From contig OX597821.1 of NCBI GenBank assembly GCA_951406725.2, positions 102,300,001 through 102,364,000 on the forward strand: 64,000 bases of DNA. The letters run 5' to 3'. The translations under genes were made by a program, and so were the position numbers. Below the pieces are notes generated by a model. It saw only the letters and a program-made list of their open reading frames with translations. It ran no database searches and had not been told where the DNA came from. The DNA comes from Octopus vulgaris. Taxonomy: Eukaryota. Positions 14,135-27,527 of this stretch are shown here, in pieces (positions within the stretch are counted from its first letter, which is position 1; each line of letters begins with the position of its first letter).

Positions 14135-15037
14135 GTATCCATTTGAAAAAAAAAATCTCTTTATGTTGATTACTAAAAACAAACAAACCAAACTAATGAA
14201 AAATATTAATCATTGAATACTAATTGCATTTAATGTTTTTGTTTAAATTTTAATTACCAAAAATGTTTTCAGTTTTCACTAATTACTTTGTAAGTTATTA
14301 ATAATTATGAGACATTTTAAAATATATAATATCTTGGATTGCTAATTTTCCATTCAGATCACACTCTTGGCATGTATGTTGATGGAGCTCTTTCAATTAA
14401 TGTTGAATCGATTCTAACACACCCAACAATTAGGGTTTTGTCTTGCACTCTCCTAATGACTTACCCCCACATCCTACAATGCCTATTCTTATGCAGATGA
14501 CACTATTCTTCATTCCTTCCTGACATTCCCCAAACATTCTTCAGCCACTCACAGTTTTGCCACCACACCTCTATCCTTCACAGATTCCATGAACAAAGAC
14601 CTATAAATAATCCACCAATGGAGATATGCAATATATAATATATATGTGTGTGTGTGTGTGTCTGTGTGTGTGTGTGTGTGTGTATATACTTATATCACGT
14701 GATCACGTGATTGACCAGACCATCAGATGTTTTACACATCACTGGTCACAATGCGTTCGCATTGTTTTAGCCTTCGAATGATGCCACCCCGCTGGCTAAG
14801 CGAGCAGGCCAACAGAAGAGTGAGAGAAAGAGTGGTGAAAGAGTACAGCAGGGATCGCCATCACCCCCTGCCGGAGCATCGTGGAGCTTTAGGTGTTTTC
14901 GCTCAATAAACACTCACAACGCCCGGTCTGGGAATCGAAACCGCGATCCTACGACCGCGAGTCCACTGCCCTAACCACTAGGCCATTGCGCCTTCACATA
15001 TACTTATATATATTCTGAAACCTTAACCTTTCTACAG
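14135..15037 (+). other. Probable U12-type (minor spliceosome) GT-AG intron
   Basis: 5' splice site GTATCCATTT; CCTTAAC branch motif at 15021-15027, followed by only 10 nt to the exon; splicing preserves frame (..KN VKLLTESF..). Confidence 0.75.
14440..14630 (+). pseudogene. LINE (CR1/L2-like) reverse-transcriptase remnant inside the U12-type intron
   Basis: YSYADDTILHS (YADDT at 14490-14504), followed by a decayed ..NKDL*IIHQW.. motif. Confidence 0.5.
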
Positions 15038-15181
15038 ATGTAAAACTCTTGACAGAATCATTCTTAGATTTGTCTCCAGATGATCAGAAGTTTAAAGCTG
15101 TTAGAATAATCTTGTTGACAGCCAAGTGTAGTAAGTCTGCTTTAAACAGCCCAGTTGATTTTGTGATTAATGAAGGAGAAG
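15038..15181 (+). CDS. NSUN7: NSUN7-like exon (motif IV region)
   Basis: ctacag| acceptor, G|gtgagt donor. NVKLLTESFLDLSPDDQKFKAVRIILLTAKCSKSALNSPVDFVINEGE matches NSUN7 ILLLPRCS...PVEFILNE. Confidence 0.9.
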
Positions 15182-15233
15182 GTGAGTTTATTATTATTAT
15201 TATTATTATTATCATTTATTATCATCATTATTA

Positions 15234-15266
<33 letters not shown>

Positions 15267-15556
15267 TTGTTGTTGGTCTTGTTGTTATTGTCGTTGTCAT
15301 CGTCGTCATCATCGCCGTCGTCATCGTTGTCATCGTCATCATCATCATCATTACTATAGCAGAGTCATTAGCACACAGGATGAAATGTTTTGCGGTATTT
15401 CACCCGTTGTTAATTTCTGAGTTCAAATTCCGTTGAGGTCAACTTTGCCTTTCATCCTTACATGGTTGATAAAATAAGTACCCGTTGAACACTGGGGTCG
15501 ATGTAATCGACTCATCTCCTTCTCCAAAACTGCTGCCCTTGTGGTAAAATTTGAAA

Positions 15557-15605
<49 letters not shown>

Positions 15606-15865
15606 TGGACTGGCATAATCAGTACAATGTTAGACAGTGTGTACAAAATGTGAAAAGGCAGAAGAAAATTAAGACATTTTGTTCAACACTTTAAACAATT
15701 GCTGTATTTCTTCCAGGTCTTTATATTCTGTGTTCAAACCCCATTGCATTTAACTCTGCTTTATATTTCAGTGGGCTCGAAAAAATGAAGTACAAATACT
15801 GCATTTGGTGACGTCTTATTCTCACCCACTTCAGGCTAGTAGTATTTCTTCTTTCTCTTCTTCAG

Positions 15866-15967
15866 ATATCAGTGTCCTGAAAACCTTATCACGTGGTGGT
15901 GTCAGCAGGGAACAGCTGGAAGGTCTGTGTAAAGAGGAAATGGAATACCTCAAGCATTCGCTTCTCT
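15866..15967 (+). CDS. NSUN7: NSUN7-like exon (not in the ORF track)
   Basis: Pyrimidine tract + ttcag| acceptor, T|gtgagt donor, phase 1-1; DISVLKTLSRGGVSREQLEGLCKEEMEYLKHSLL. Confidence 0.85.
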
Positions 15968-16730
15968 GTGAGTAGACACGACAATGTTTCTGATCTTGCA
16001 TGATAATCATCAGCCATCATAGAGTCAAAAAAAAAGAACACATATAACACATGCGTGTGCATGCACACACACACACACACACAATAAACCAAGTATTTCA
16101 TGTTGCTTTGATCCACTCAGCTGACAGTAAATGTAGAGCTGCCTTCTTAAGTTATGCTGATTTACAAGGGCCGGCTTCCTGGTTCCCATGGGATATATAT
16201 CCCCACCTGGACGGGATGCCGGTCTGTCACAGTGTTACTCATTTTTGCTATCTGAGTGGACTGGAGCAACATGAAATGAAGTGTTTTGCACAAGGACACA
16301 ATGTGTTGCCCGGTCCAGGAACTGAAACCACAATCTTACGATCATGAGTCCAATACTCTAACCACTAAGCCATGCAACTCCATTGACAGTTGGTTTCAAT
16401 GATAGCTAGTTAGTTAACAACCCTACAGATGATTCTTTTATGACTTCATTGCTTTCAGGCTTAGCTTAAGGTGTTTTCGCGCCTGACATCACAAAATGCG
16501 TCTGAATAAACATTGCCGGACAGCAAATAGAGACTTGAACTTTGCTGAGAAAATAATTTTCATTTTTAACCTCCTATATAGTACGCACTAGGGATTTTGA
16601 CCTTTAAATTTTGGGAAAAAAATGCGGATTATACTCGGGGATTTACGGTATATATATCTATATATATATATACACATGCCCACATACATACACACCATAT
16701 ATTCCTAATGAAAATTCTTGTATATTTCAG

Positions 16731-16984
16731 TCCCTAACGTGAAAGGTGTGGTCTACTTGACCAGATCTATCCATGACCTAGAAAATGAAGTGGCTGTATC
16801 AAAGACTGTGGAATACGTCAACTCATTTGTCCACTCCAGTCATTCCCTTTACAAAGTGGTTCCTCCTGTTTTACCATTCAACAGAGATGACATTCAAAAT
16901 AAGATTGGCCTTCAAGATAAATACATCAAGTTCAAACCATCAGCTACCATGAATGGTTGCTTCTTAGCAATCATTGCTCGAGGG
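16731..16984 (+). CDS. NSUN7: NSUN7-like exon (motif VI region)
   Basis: tttcag| acceptor, GGG|gtgagt donor; FPNVKGVVYLTRSIHDLENEVAV...PPVLP...MNGCFLAIIAR, corresponding to the NSUN VVYxTCS...ENE and GxF motifs. Confidence 0.9.
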
Positions 16985-19046
16985 GTGAGTGGATATAGTT
17001 TATAATTTATTTGTTTGTTTGTCATGATGCTCTTAAGAATTCATTAGACATGGTTTTGTGTGTGCGTGCGTGTGTGTTTGCTTGTGCTTGTGTGCTCATT
17101 TGCCTTCAGATTTCATCCTGTGCTATCTAGTAATAGTATTATATGTACTTCCAGTATTATATGTACTATCCATTGGACATTACAAATATGATTTGCAATA
17201 TCCATGGATTTTTAAGGGAATCATTAATACATGAGTTTGTTTCTTGAGACAAAAATTGTATTAGCGTTTTGGTTGTATCAAATGTTTAGTTAAGGGATAT
17301 TTACCAATTTGTAGTATTCAGAAGGTTCTGTGAGGTATATGAGCAATTCCTGTGAATATTTTGACTTATCATACACTCTCTTTACTCTTTTACTTGTTTC
17401 AGTCATTTGACTGTGGCCATGCTAGAGCACCACCTTTATAGTTGAGCATATTGACCTCAGAGCTTATTCTTTGTAAGCCTAGTACTTATTCTATCGGTCT
17501 CTTTTGCCGAATTGCTAAGTTACGGGGGACGTAAACACACCAGCATCGGTTGTCGAGTGATGTCAGGGAGACAAACACAAGCACACAAACACACACACAC
17601 ACACATACACACACATACATATATACGATGGGCTTCTTTCCGTTTCTGTCTACCAAATCCACTCACAAGGCTTTGGTTGGCCCGAGGCTATAGTAGAGAA
17701 TACTTGCCCAAGGTGCCACGCAGTGGGACTGAACCCGGGACCATGTGGTTGGTAAGTAAGCTACTTACCACTCAGCCACTCCAGTGCCTACAGATAGATA
17801 TATAGAAATAATACGGGAGGGATGCTAGAGGTGGCATGTTACTTTGCATTTAGATTTGTACTAGGATGGGTGTGTGTGGATAGGAAGAAGAAACAAGAAA
17901 AAAGAAAGAAAGAATATGAGAGAAGGGAAAGATGTTAATGAATTTCTTTGCTTTTATTTTAGTGTATATACCCTGTGAGGGGGGAACACTGAACATCTGA
18001 TTTAACCTCAAACTCAGCAGGGTGCTACATTAATGATTTCACAAGCTATAAGGAGAAGGGAGCCAGTTTTTGTTCAGATGCAGAAAACCTGAACTGATAA
18101 TATCTCAACAAAAATTTACTTCTTATATGTTACAACTTTCATTTCTTCAGAGAAGACTCTTGTGTAAGTGCCTTGTGTAAGTTTCATGTTGGCCCAAGTC
18201 TTGTAAATAAAACTGAGCAGACAGAAACTGAACCAGGTGGGGCATTATGTCCTTGAGCAAGACACTCGCTTTATTTGACCTTGCTCCAGTCTACTTAGCT
18301 GACTGTGACTACCAGCTCTTTCTCTCTCCAGCCACTATGTCCATGATTTTTATTTCTTTACTGCCAACAAGGAGCTACACACAGAGGGGACAAACAAGGA
18401 CAGACAAACGAATTAAGTTGATTACATTGACCCCAGTGCCTAACTGGTACTTATTTAATCGACCCTGAAAGGATGAAAGACAAAGTCAACCTCAGGGGAA
18501 TTTGAACTCGGAACATAGCGACAGACGAAATACCACTAAGCATTTTGCCCGGCATGCTAACGATTCTGCCAGCTCACTGCCTTAATTAACCATGTCCATG
18601 ATTTTGGTTGGGTGAAGAAGTAGGAGGGTCAGGCAGTTATATCTTCTGTCTTTTACTTGTTTCAGTCATTAGACTGTGGCTATACTGGGGAACCACCTTG
18701 AAGAATTTTAGTGGAAAAAATTGACCCCAGTACTTATTTCTTTTAAGCCTAGTACTTTTTCTATCAGTCTCTTTTGCTAAACCACTAAGTTACAGAAATT
18801 TAAATTCACCAACACCAGTAGTTAAGTGATGGCGGGGGCAAAATACAGATACACAGACATACACATACACACGTATTTGTATGATGGGCTTCCTTCAGTT
18901 TCTGTCTACCAAATCCCCCCACAAGGCTTTAGTCATCCTTAGGTTATAGTATAAGACACTTACCCAAGGTACCATGCAATGAAACTGAACTCTGAATCAT
19001 ATGGTTGAGACGCAAACTTCTTACCACACAGCCATGCTTGCACCTA

Positions 19047-19144
<98 letters not shown>

Positions 19145-19678
19145 GCGCAGGGGTGGGTATGTGGTAAGTAGCTTGCTTACCAACCACATGGTTCCAGGTT
19201 AATTCCCACTGTGTGGCACCCTGAGCAAGTGTCTTCCACTATAGCCTCAGGCCAACCAAACCCTTGTCAGTGGATTTGGTAGACAGAAACTGAAAGAAGC
19301 CTGTCGTATATATGTATGTATATGTGTGTATATGTTTGTGTGTCTTTGTTTGTACCCCAACATCACTTGACATGGTGGTGTGTTTATGTACCCGTAACTT
19401 AGCGGTTTGGCAAAAGAGACCGATAGAATAAGTACCAGGCTTCCAAAGAATAAGTCCTGGGGTTGATTTGCTTAAATAAAAGGCGCTGCTCCAGCATGGC
19501 CGCAGTCAAATGACTGAAACGAGTAAAAGAGTATATACAAAGGCATCTAGAGTAATTAGTGAAGGCATAGTACATATATTCACTTATAAATGAAAGCTAT
19601 GATATGCATGCATGTATGTACGAATGGTTGTATGCATTATATAAAAATAATATCAATATTTAAATAATTGTTTTACAG

Positions 19679-20143
19679 GGCGAACAAAACCATTTGGCAA
19701 AAGAATTACCAAACTTGCATTCGAATAGCACCAAATATTCTGTAAGGAAGAAAAGCATGATTAAATCAAACTTCCTGAGTTCTAATCGAAATAATACTGC
19801 AAATAAAACCAAAGAGAAAATTTTGGCAGATCAGAAACTCCTTGAAATCTTGAAACCAATTAAGACAAATACCATCCCTCAAATGGTTCGCGGAATTCAA
19901 ACATTCTCTTCAGAGATTGGTAGATATTCATTGGGCAGTCCCGATATATTTGTGCGACCAAGTCACTTTCACTCTCGTTTGTTGAATTCACAACAAGAAG
20001 ACATAGCACTGAAGAAAAGTATACAGTATCAGGTTAGGAAGAAGCTCAGTGTTGATTCATCCAACGAGTCGCTGATACTCAACAAGACTAATCATCTAGC
20101 AGAGCACAAGAAAATTGTAAATCATCCGAAACCATTTCGATAA
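19679..20143 (+). CDS. NSUN7: NSUN7-like terminal exon (basic, poorly conserved tail)
   Basis: ttttacag| acceptor in phase 0; open frame to TAA at 20141-20143; AATAAA at 20486-20491. Confidence 0.7.
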   Translation, partial: GEQNHLAKELPNLHSNSTKYSVRKKSMIKSNFLSSNRNNTANKTKEKILADQKLLEILKPIKTNTIPQMVRGIQTFSSEIGRYSLGSPDIFVRPSHFHSRLLNSQQEDIALKKSIQYQVRKKLSVDSSNESLILNKTNHLAEHKKIVNHPKPFR

Positions 20144-23100
20144 TGAATGAATTCCTAACACATTTGCTACTTGAATAACTGTCCATTACACACACATGCA
20201 CACATGCACGTACACACACACACACCCACACACCTCTATATATATATATACATGTGTGTGTACACATATCTACCTACCTACCTACCTATCTATCTATCTA
20301 TCTATATATATATATATATATATATACATGTGTGTGTACACATATCTACCTACCTACCTACCTACCTACCTACCTACCTATCTATCTATCTATATATATA
20401 TATATATACATATATATACACACACACATATATATAAATATATATGTATGTATGTATGTATACATATGTATATATACTGAATGTCAATAAATCAAGAAAA
20501 ACAAATGTACATTGGTAGTCATCCAGAGCTATCCTTTATGGAGTAAGTGTATTTCAAAAGAATGTATATAGGAAAGGGATAGAAATCATCCTAGCAGTGA
20601 CTGGTGAGATGCTAAATGGGCATTTCTGCTTGTACTTCAAGCCAACTGCATGCTTAGATGAAATCTATTGCCACAAATACAGGAAAACTGTGAATAAACA
20701 GTCACTGATGTTGCAAATATTCTCCTGCCTGAATAAAAACCTGTTATATGCAACAGAATCACTATTGGATAAAAATAGATATGTATGTATCATACTTAAT
20801 GTAAATACACAGTGAAAAGCAAATCTACTGGGGTATTCATCTGGAGATAATATCTATAATGGACGTGCAGTGTTTAAAAACACAATATATATCAGAGGTG
20901 GACATAGATTGTCCTAGTAGTAGCTGAGAATGTTAGATGTGTATGTCTTCCTCATATGGCATTGTCAGTGGTATGTATTCTCAGCCAACTGATAACATGT
21001 ATGTACATTATTAAATAAAGTAATTTGACCACTCTTTTCCAATCCTCAGTGTCTCTTAGTGTGGGAGAGATTGTCCCCTGCTACATTACAAACACTGCAT
21101 TAGCACATTTTAAAGTGGTTTGTTACTCTTTTCAAGCCTAGTCAGGTTCATGGGCCCAGTTTCTGTGGTGTATGTGTTCCCCCCAGCTGGACAGGATGCC
21201 AGTCCATCGCAGCATTACTCAAGAAACAGGAAGAGAGAGTGAGAGAAAGATGTGGCGAAAGAGTACAACAGGGGTCACCCCTCCCCTGCCGGAGCCTCGT
21301 GGAGCTTTAGGTGTTTTCACTCAATAAACACACAACACCCGGTCTGAAAATCGAAACTGCAATCCTCCGACCGCGAGTCTGTTGCCCTAACCACTGGCCA
21401 ATTGCGCCTCCACATTGTAAAGTGGTAAACTGGTAGAATTGTTAGCATGCAGGGAAAAATGCTTAGGAGCATTTCATCCATCTTTACCTTCTGAGTTCAA
21501 ATTTTGCTGAGGTTGACTTTGCCTTTCATTCTTTTGGGGTCAATAAAATAAGTACCAGTTGAGTACAGGGATCGATGTAATTGACTTAACCCCTCCCCCG
21601 AAATTTCTGGCCTTGTGCCAAAATTTGAAACCAGTATTTCCTTATTGTTAGGCAGTGACCTGCAGAATCATTAGTGTTGGAGGAATCGTTAGAAAGGCAG
21701 TGAGCTGGCAGAAACGTTAGCACGCCGGGTGAAATGCTTAGCAGTATTTTGTCTGCTGATATGTTCTTGAGTTCAAATTCCACCGAGGTTGACTTTGCCT
21801 TTCATCCTTTCAGGGTTGATAAATTAAGTACCAGTGTTTCACTGGGGATCAATGTAATTGACTTAATCCCTTTATCTGTCCTTGTTTGTCCCCTCTGTGT
21901 GTAGCCCCTTGTGGGCAGTAAAGAAATAAGAATCATTAGTGTTGGGTGGAAAAAAAAAAACGTCCTTGTGGTATTTCTTCCAGCACTTTATGTTCTGAGT
22001 TCAAATCCTGACAAGGTCAATTTTATCTTTCATCTCTTCAAAATTGATAAATTCAGGAACAAGGAATAATGTAATTGTCTAAACCCCTCTCTCAAATTTG
22101 CTAACCTTGCACCTAAACCAGAAACAATATTTCACTACTATACCCCATCCAAAATATTTCATAATGGTTTAAAACTCACCTGTTTCATTTATAAGCATTT
22201 TTTGCTTCTATTGTACTTTGGACTGTGTTTTGACCTAACAAGAATTCAGCTGATGTCATGTTCACAGACTATATTTATGATATTAATATTTTAGATGTGG
22301 CTGGGGCTAACTTTGCCTTTCAACTTTGTAGGGTCGATAAAATAAGTACCAGTTGAGCACTGGGGGTCAATGTAATTGATTTATCCACTCCCCTGAAATT
22401 GCTGGCCTTGTACCAAAATTTGAAATCAATATTTTAGATGAAACATTTTTACTCTATATAATCCATTATCTTTCAGCTTCCAAATTTTAAGAAAATTTCA
22501 CAAATAATATTTTTTTTCACCTTTTTTTTTTAAAGAAATAAGAACACATTAGATGACATAATCTGGAAGTACACGAAATAAAATCAAATAAATTTAATTT
22601 TACATACTGTTTAAATTGTTCTCTTTCTTCATGTGCCATGCAAACCTACAGATGTTTGGCAATCATGGAACTCCATACCATCTATTTCTGGAGGACACTG
22701 GTAAAGTCCTCCAAGTATCCTCCCTCACTCCCTGTTTTCATCCTTTTTGTTTCTCTGTTGTCACCATATGCTCAAGGTGTTTCTTGTCATATGGAATCCA
22801 ATAAATTGAGCCTCCTTGAGTTGTTGAGAAGTATAAAGACAAATCATGACTCTTCAGACTTTAAATATAAATAAATAAATAAATTGTGGTGTTAGCAGTG
22901 TTATGGGCTGTGATGAGCTATGTGGTGTTGGTGGAGAGGATGGTAGGTGAGGCAAAAGGGAAGTGAAGACTGCAGGGGCTGGTGGAAGAGTGAAAGGGGC
23001 ATGCATGGGTAGGAAGCATGTGTAGGGAGTTCGAGCAGAGATGGCAGAGAGGCAAGATGTGTTTAATTCGTGAGAGTGACCACTGATTCTGCCGAGGTCA

Positions 23101-24211
23101 ACAGGTAAGGCCTTTTGTATTTCTTTCTCCCGTTTACTTCTTTTTCTGTTGTCCTTTTCTTCCATCGCACCACATAAATATTGCATGGAACACTAAACGT
23201 TTTCATTAAAATTTCAACATGATACCCTGTAAAACCTTTGGTATTTTGTATTTAAAATCTGAATACTTAATGCATTATAGAATAAAGTATTATAATTATC
23301 TAAGAGGGTGAGCTGACAAAATTATTAGTACATTGAGCAAAACACTTAGCAGCATTTCTTCTGTATCATTATGTTCTGAATTCATATTCTACTGTGACCA
23401 ATTTTGTCTTTCATTCTTTCAAGTCAATAAAATGAGTATGAATTGAACACTGGGACTCATATAATCAACTAACCTCTCTAACTAAAATTGCTGATCTTGA
23501 TCCAAAATTGAAACCTTTATAGTTATCTACTTAATTAATGCATTATAACATTTTAATTAATGCTGCCTTATATAATCAGGTGATACTGTGGATTTCTAAA
23601 TTTGAAGATTCATTATTTCTTTCCAACATGAAAGTGGTCTGCAGATTCTTATCCTTTTTTTTCTTTTTAGCCCCTGCATGTGAAAAGGTTCCCCATCATA
23701 GATATAATGTAGTGGTTCTTAAAGGGACAATTACCAGGCCCACCACTAAGAAATTTTTAGTTCATCCTCCTGGTTAACAAGAAGGCATTTGCATCATTAT
23801 AATACTTCTTTTTTTTTTATAAAAATGAAGCTTATGTTCATATAATTCTTCTTTTTATGTCAAAGTGTTGAACAAGTTATAAAAAATTAAAACCCATCTT
23901 AATTTTATTGAGCATGGTAATGTGTCCATCATCCTTTTCAAACTTTTCTGATCTCTTCCCTAGGGATAGGAGTAACCCTCTTATAATGTATCCAGGATGA
24001 GAATGGAATTATAATATAAGACTAAAAAACAAGCGAATAAGTGAATCTCTCTCAGTGGTAGGTTACCGTTTTCCGAAGGATTAACAGGCAGTTTACAGTC
24101 GTAAAATAGTGAAAGTAAATTGTCCTTAGAAAATGAAAAATGTCTTTCAGGTAGAAACCGGAAGTGACAACAGAGACATCCCGTAATTTCAAATAAACAC
24201 TATGTAACTAA

Positions 24212-24470
24212 TATTTCGTTTTTGGATTTGGTTTGCAAGATTCTTTATATGAGTTCGTGTGTTGAAGCATATTCTGTTGTGTCTGGGGAGAGTCATTCTC
24301 TTTTAGTGCCTTATTATTTAATACACTCACCGGTAAAATTTCCACTTATTTCGTCTTTTTATTTTCCTAAAATTTTCGTTGCGTCTTGCAACCTTTTCAA
24401 TAGTCAAGTGGAAATTTTATCGGTGAGTGTTAAATAATAAGGCACTAAAAGAGAATGACTCTCCCCAGAC
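24212..24470 (-). mobile_element. Short Penelope-like fold-back element with a hammerhead motif and TSD
   Basis: Inverted arms ~24281-24347 / 24407-24470; flanking direct repeat tatgtaactaa (24201-24211, 24471-24481); hammerhead-like core at 24367-24403; related copy at ~52487-52918. Confidence 0.65.
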
Positions 24471-24580
24471 TATGTAACTAAAACGTAAATTTACATATAT
24501 TTAATGTAACTTGAAAACTGTACATATGTTTTATATAATATGCAAGCAATCACATTTACGGGAAAACATTTTATAATCTA

Positions 24581-25172
24581 CGTAAGGTGTACTAGCCATC
24601 TGAATGTGGCTAGCCACTGGGGGTGGGATGTTACTGATGCTTTTAGCCCCAGGCGATCAACGTCACCAGATGGACTTTAGACACAAAATTTCAGTGCCCT
24701 TGTGTTATTTGCAAAGAGAGGTCATCCCCCCTCGACGCCTGGGGCTAAAAGCATCAGTAACACCCCACCCCCAGTGGCTAGCCACATTCAGATGGCTAGT
24801 ACACCTTACGTTGTCGAGCGGTTACTGTTTATATCTCGTTCAGAGATTTTTTAATGCTTTCAGACAGTTTTTCTAAATCAGTGACAGTGGTTGCTGTGAA
24901 AAACGTTAAATATTATTTGCAAGGGGTCTCCTTCATCGAAAACCGGTGTTTACCATGCGTTGACGAGAGGCAATTACCTTGAAACTATAGTCCGTATGTA
25001 GCACTTAGGTTTTCGAGGGAGGATGACCTCCCTTTGCAAATAACACAAGGGCACTGAAATTTTGTGTCTAAAGTCCATCTGGTGACGTTGATCGCCTGGG
25101 GCTAAAAGCATCAGTAACACCCCCACCCCCAGTGGCTAGCCACATTCAGATGGCTAGTACACCTTACGTTAT
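24581..25172. mobile_element. Fold-back element with ~155-bp terminal inverted repeats and an extra internal terminus
   Basis: Arms 24581-24735 and 25013-25168; second copy of the right end at 24736-24812; 13-bp flanking direct repeat attttataatcta (24568-24580, 25173-25185). Confidence 0.8.
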
Positions 25173-25792
25173 ATTTTATAATCTATACTTAATAAACTTG
25201 GGAGTGAAATGAAAAAGAATCAGCTGGATAGCAAGTTATAATATTATTCATTCGCATTATTAAATGAATAAATACGCTCCCAAATAATAGCTACCATCCT
25301 AAGAGAATATTTCAGAAAATAAACCAAGAGATAAATAGCATAACTGCGACTAAATCTAATACTTCTCCATAAACACTGTGTACGTGTTGTTGGTGAGTAA
25401 TAAACAGCTAAAGGTTATTTTCCCCTCCTACTTTTCAATATTTAACTAGAAGTTTCATAAAGACACGGAGAATATTGTCTCATGTTTCAAACTCGTTACT
25501 GTAACTATAAGTAAACAGAATAAATCCTCTAAGTTTCACAGTCCTAGATGTTGATGTTTCACTTGTGAGCTGAGAAAAGACATATACGTTTACACGCAAT
25601 ATTAACGTTTTATCCTCGCCGCATATTTTCTTTTCCTTTTTTCTTTTTAATCTTTTGTCTTCACAAAGCATTTTCATAATTTTGTCCTAAACGTCCATAC
25701 TTGTTTTCAGACTTTTAGCTAGCCTTTGTGTAATGTGTTCTGAATAATATAAGGCTTTCGTTTCATAAATCCCAACTCACTCTGGTTAGGTA

Positions 25793-25824
<32 letters not shown>

Positions 25825-27527
25825 GTGGGGTGGTACAATGTGTCTCATAGATGATGCACCAGGGAAATATGTCCTGCGTATCGCATGTGATAGACAGGAC
25901 ACTTTTATTTTCTTGCAGATAGAACTTCGAAGGATTTAATGCCTAAAGAATTTTCTATTTCTCCTCACCAACGAATGTACAATTTTATAAATATACTTAT
26001 TGATTCTTTCATCACTATTTTGGTAAGTATGAAGGAAATTATGCTTCACTGATGAAGTCAGAATAAGACCCGTTCACATCTAGAGTTGTCTCCCCTGTAC
26101 TTGATTGAAAGTAAAAAAAAAACTATTAAAATTTGACCAATATGATTTTCTCGTGCATATATTATTTCTAGTTATCATTTTAATGCATGAAACATTAAAA
26201 AAAAAAAACGACACTAACTAGGATTATTTTAATTGTTTTATTTTCCATGTTAATTAACAATCCGATCGTTTATCTCAACAATTATTTTAGCTTTATTAGT
26301 TGCTATTTTGAAGCAGATTAATAGTTATCATTTATCACGTAGTAGATTCGCTCATAAAAATGTCTAAGATCTGGTATTTCAAGTGTCATGAGCCTCGGGG
26401 TTAATTTTTCATTTTCTATCATGATTTTTGCCGCCTACTTGTCTACACCAATATTCTCCTACCACTAATTTTGTTGAAAAAGCTCACTATAAGTTTGATC
26501 ACATATTTCGTAATCCATGGGGCAATTTTGTATGCAATCCATTGGGGCCAGAATCATTCCACGAATGAAGTTAATAGTCATCGTAGAAGAGGTCGGCTAA
26601 AAATGTCTCTATAACCACTGTAGGCGCATTACCCACTTGACAGCAGGTAAACAAGCTGGCTATACAGAGATAGAGGACGTTACACAACATTAAGGTTGAG
26701 ACACGTGACCTTATCTCTTCCTCTTTAGCACTGGGACCTCGAACTGTAAAGATGTAATCTAGTCTCTCTCAACAACCACCAGCTAGCAGATAGGAGCACA
26801 ACTCTGAAGGCCATGGCTTTACACACCAACCATTCTATTTATCATTCCATTGTATATACGTGTGGCCACAATAAACATGTTTAAGTTGCAACCTCGCTTG
26901 TATGTTTTTCATCCGGGTTACTACCAGCGAAATTACAGCCTTCTGAGAGTCATATTAGGTGGCTCATAACGACCTGCACCATCTAAACCGCCTTCACGCC
27001 ATCCGATGGCCTCCTGAGAAATTATACAGGATTAACAACCAATGAGTATAATGGAAAGCTTACACAACACATGCAGGGATAGAGAAAACTCCACCTTCTT
27101 GTTCTATTTCATCTAGAGGCTCTAGGACCAAGAAAACGATTTTCTCAGCAATAAATAAAACCTCATAAGTGAGATCCCTCCTTATTCACCTGGAGCTCGT
27201 GAATACTAACCCTACTTTCACAAGAAACTACTTATATCACACAGTCTACAGTGTCCATCCATAGGAATAGTGAGCTATCGTGTGGTTGCTATAAAAGAAA
27301 CGTCCTGTTAATGAACCGTGAGCCACTGGCCGTTAATACCGAGGAAAAAGCACTTTAATTCTAATTAGCTCTTATGCAATTTCAGGATAAATAATCCTTT
27401 CTTAATTGATACTACGTTGTGAGATCGACCCTGGGACCTTATGCTGGTGAAGGGAACTTCTTAACCATTTGGCCATGCCTGGACGCACGAACGTAATGAA
27501 TATATATATATAAGTAATTATTTTAAT

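Noticed and set aside
26616-27253. Possible LTR or TIR element bounded by cactgtag...ctacagtg with AATAAA motifs
   Set aside because: Only an 8-bp inverted match, with no TSD and no second copy in the window.
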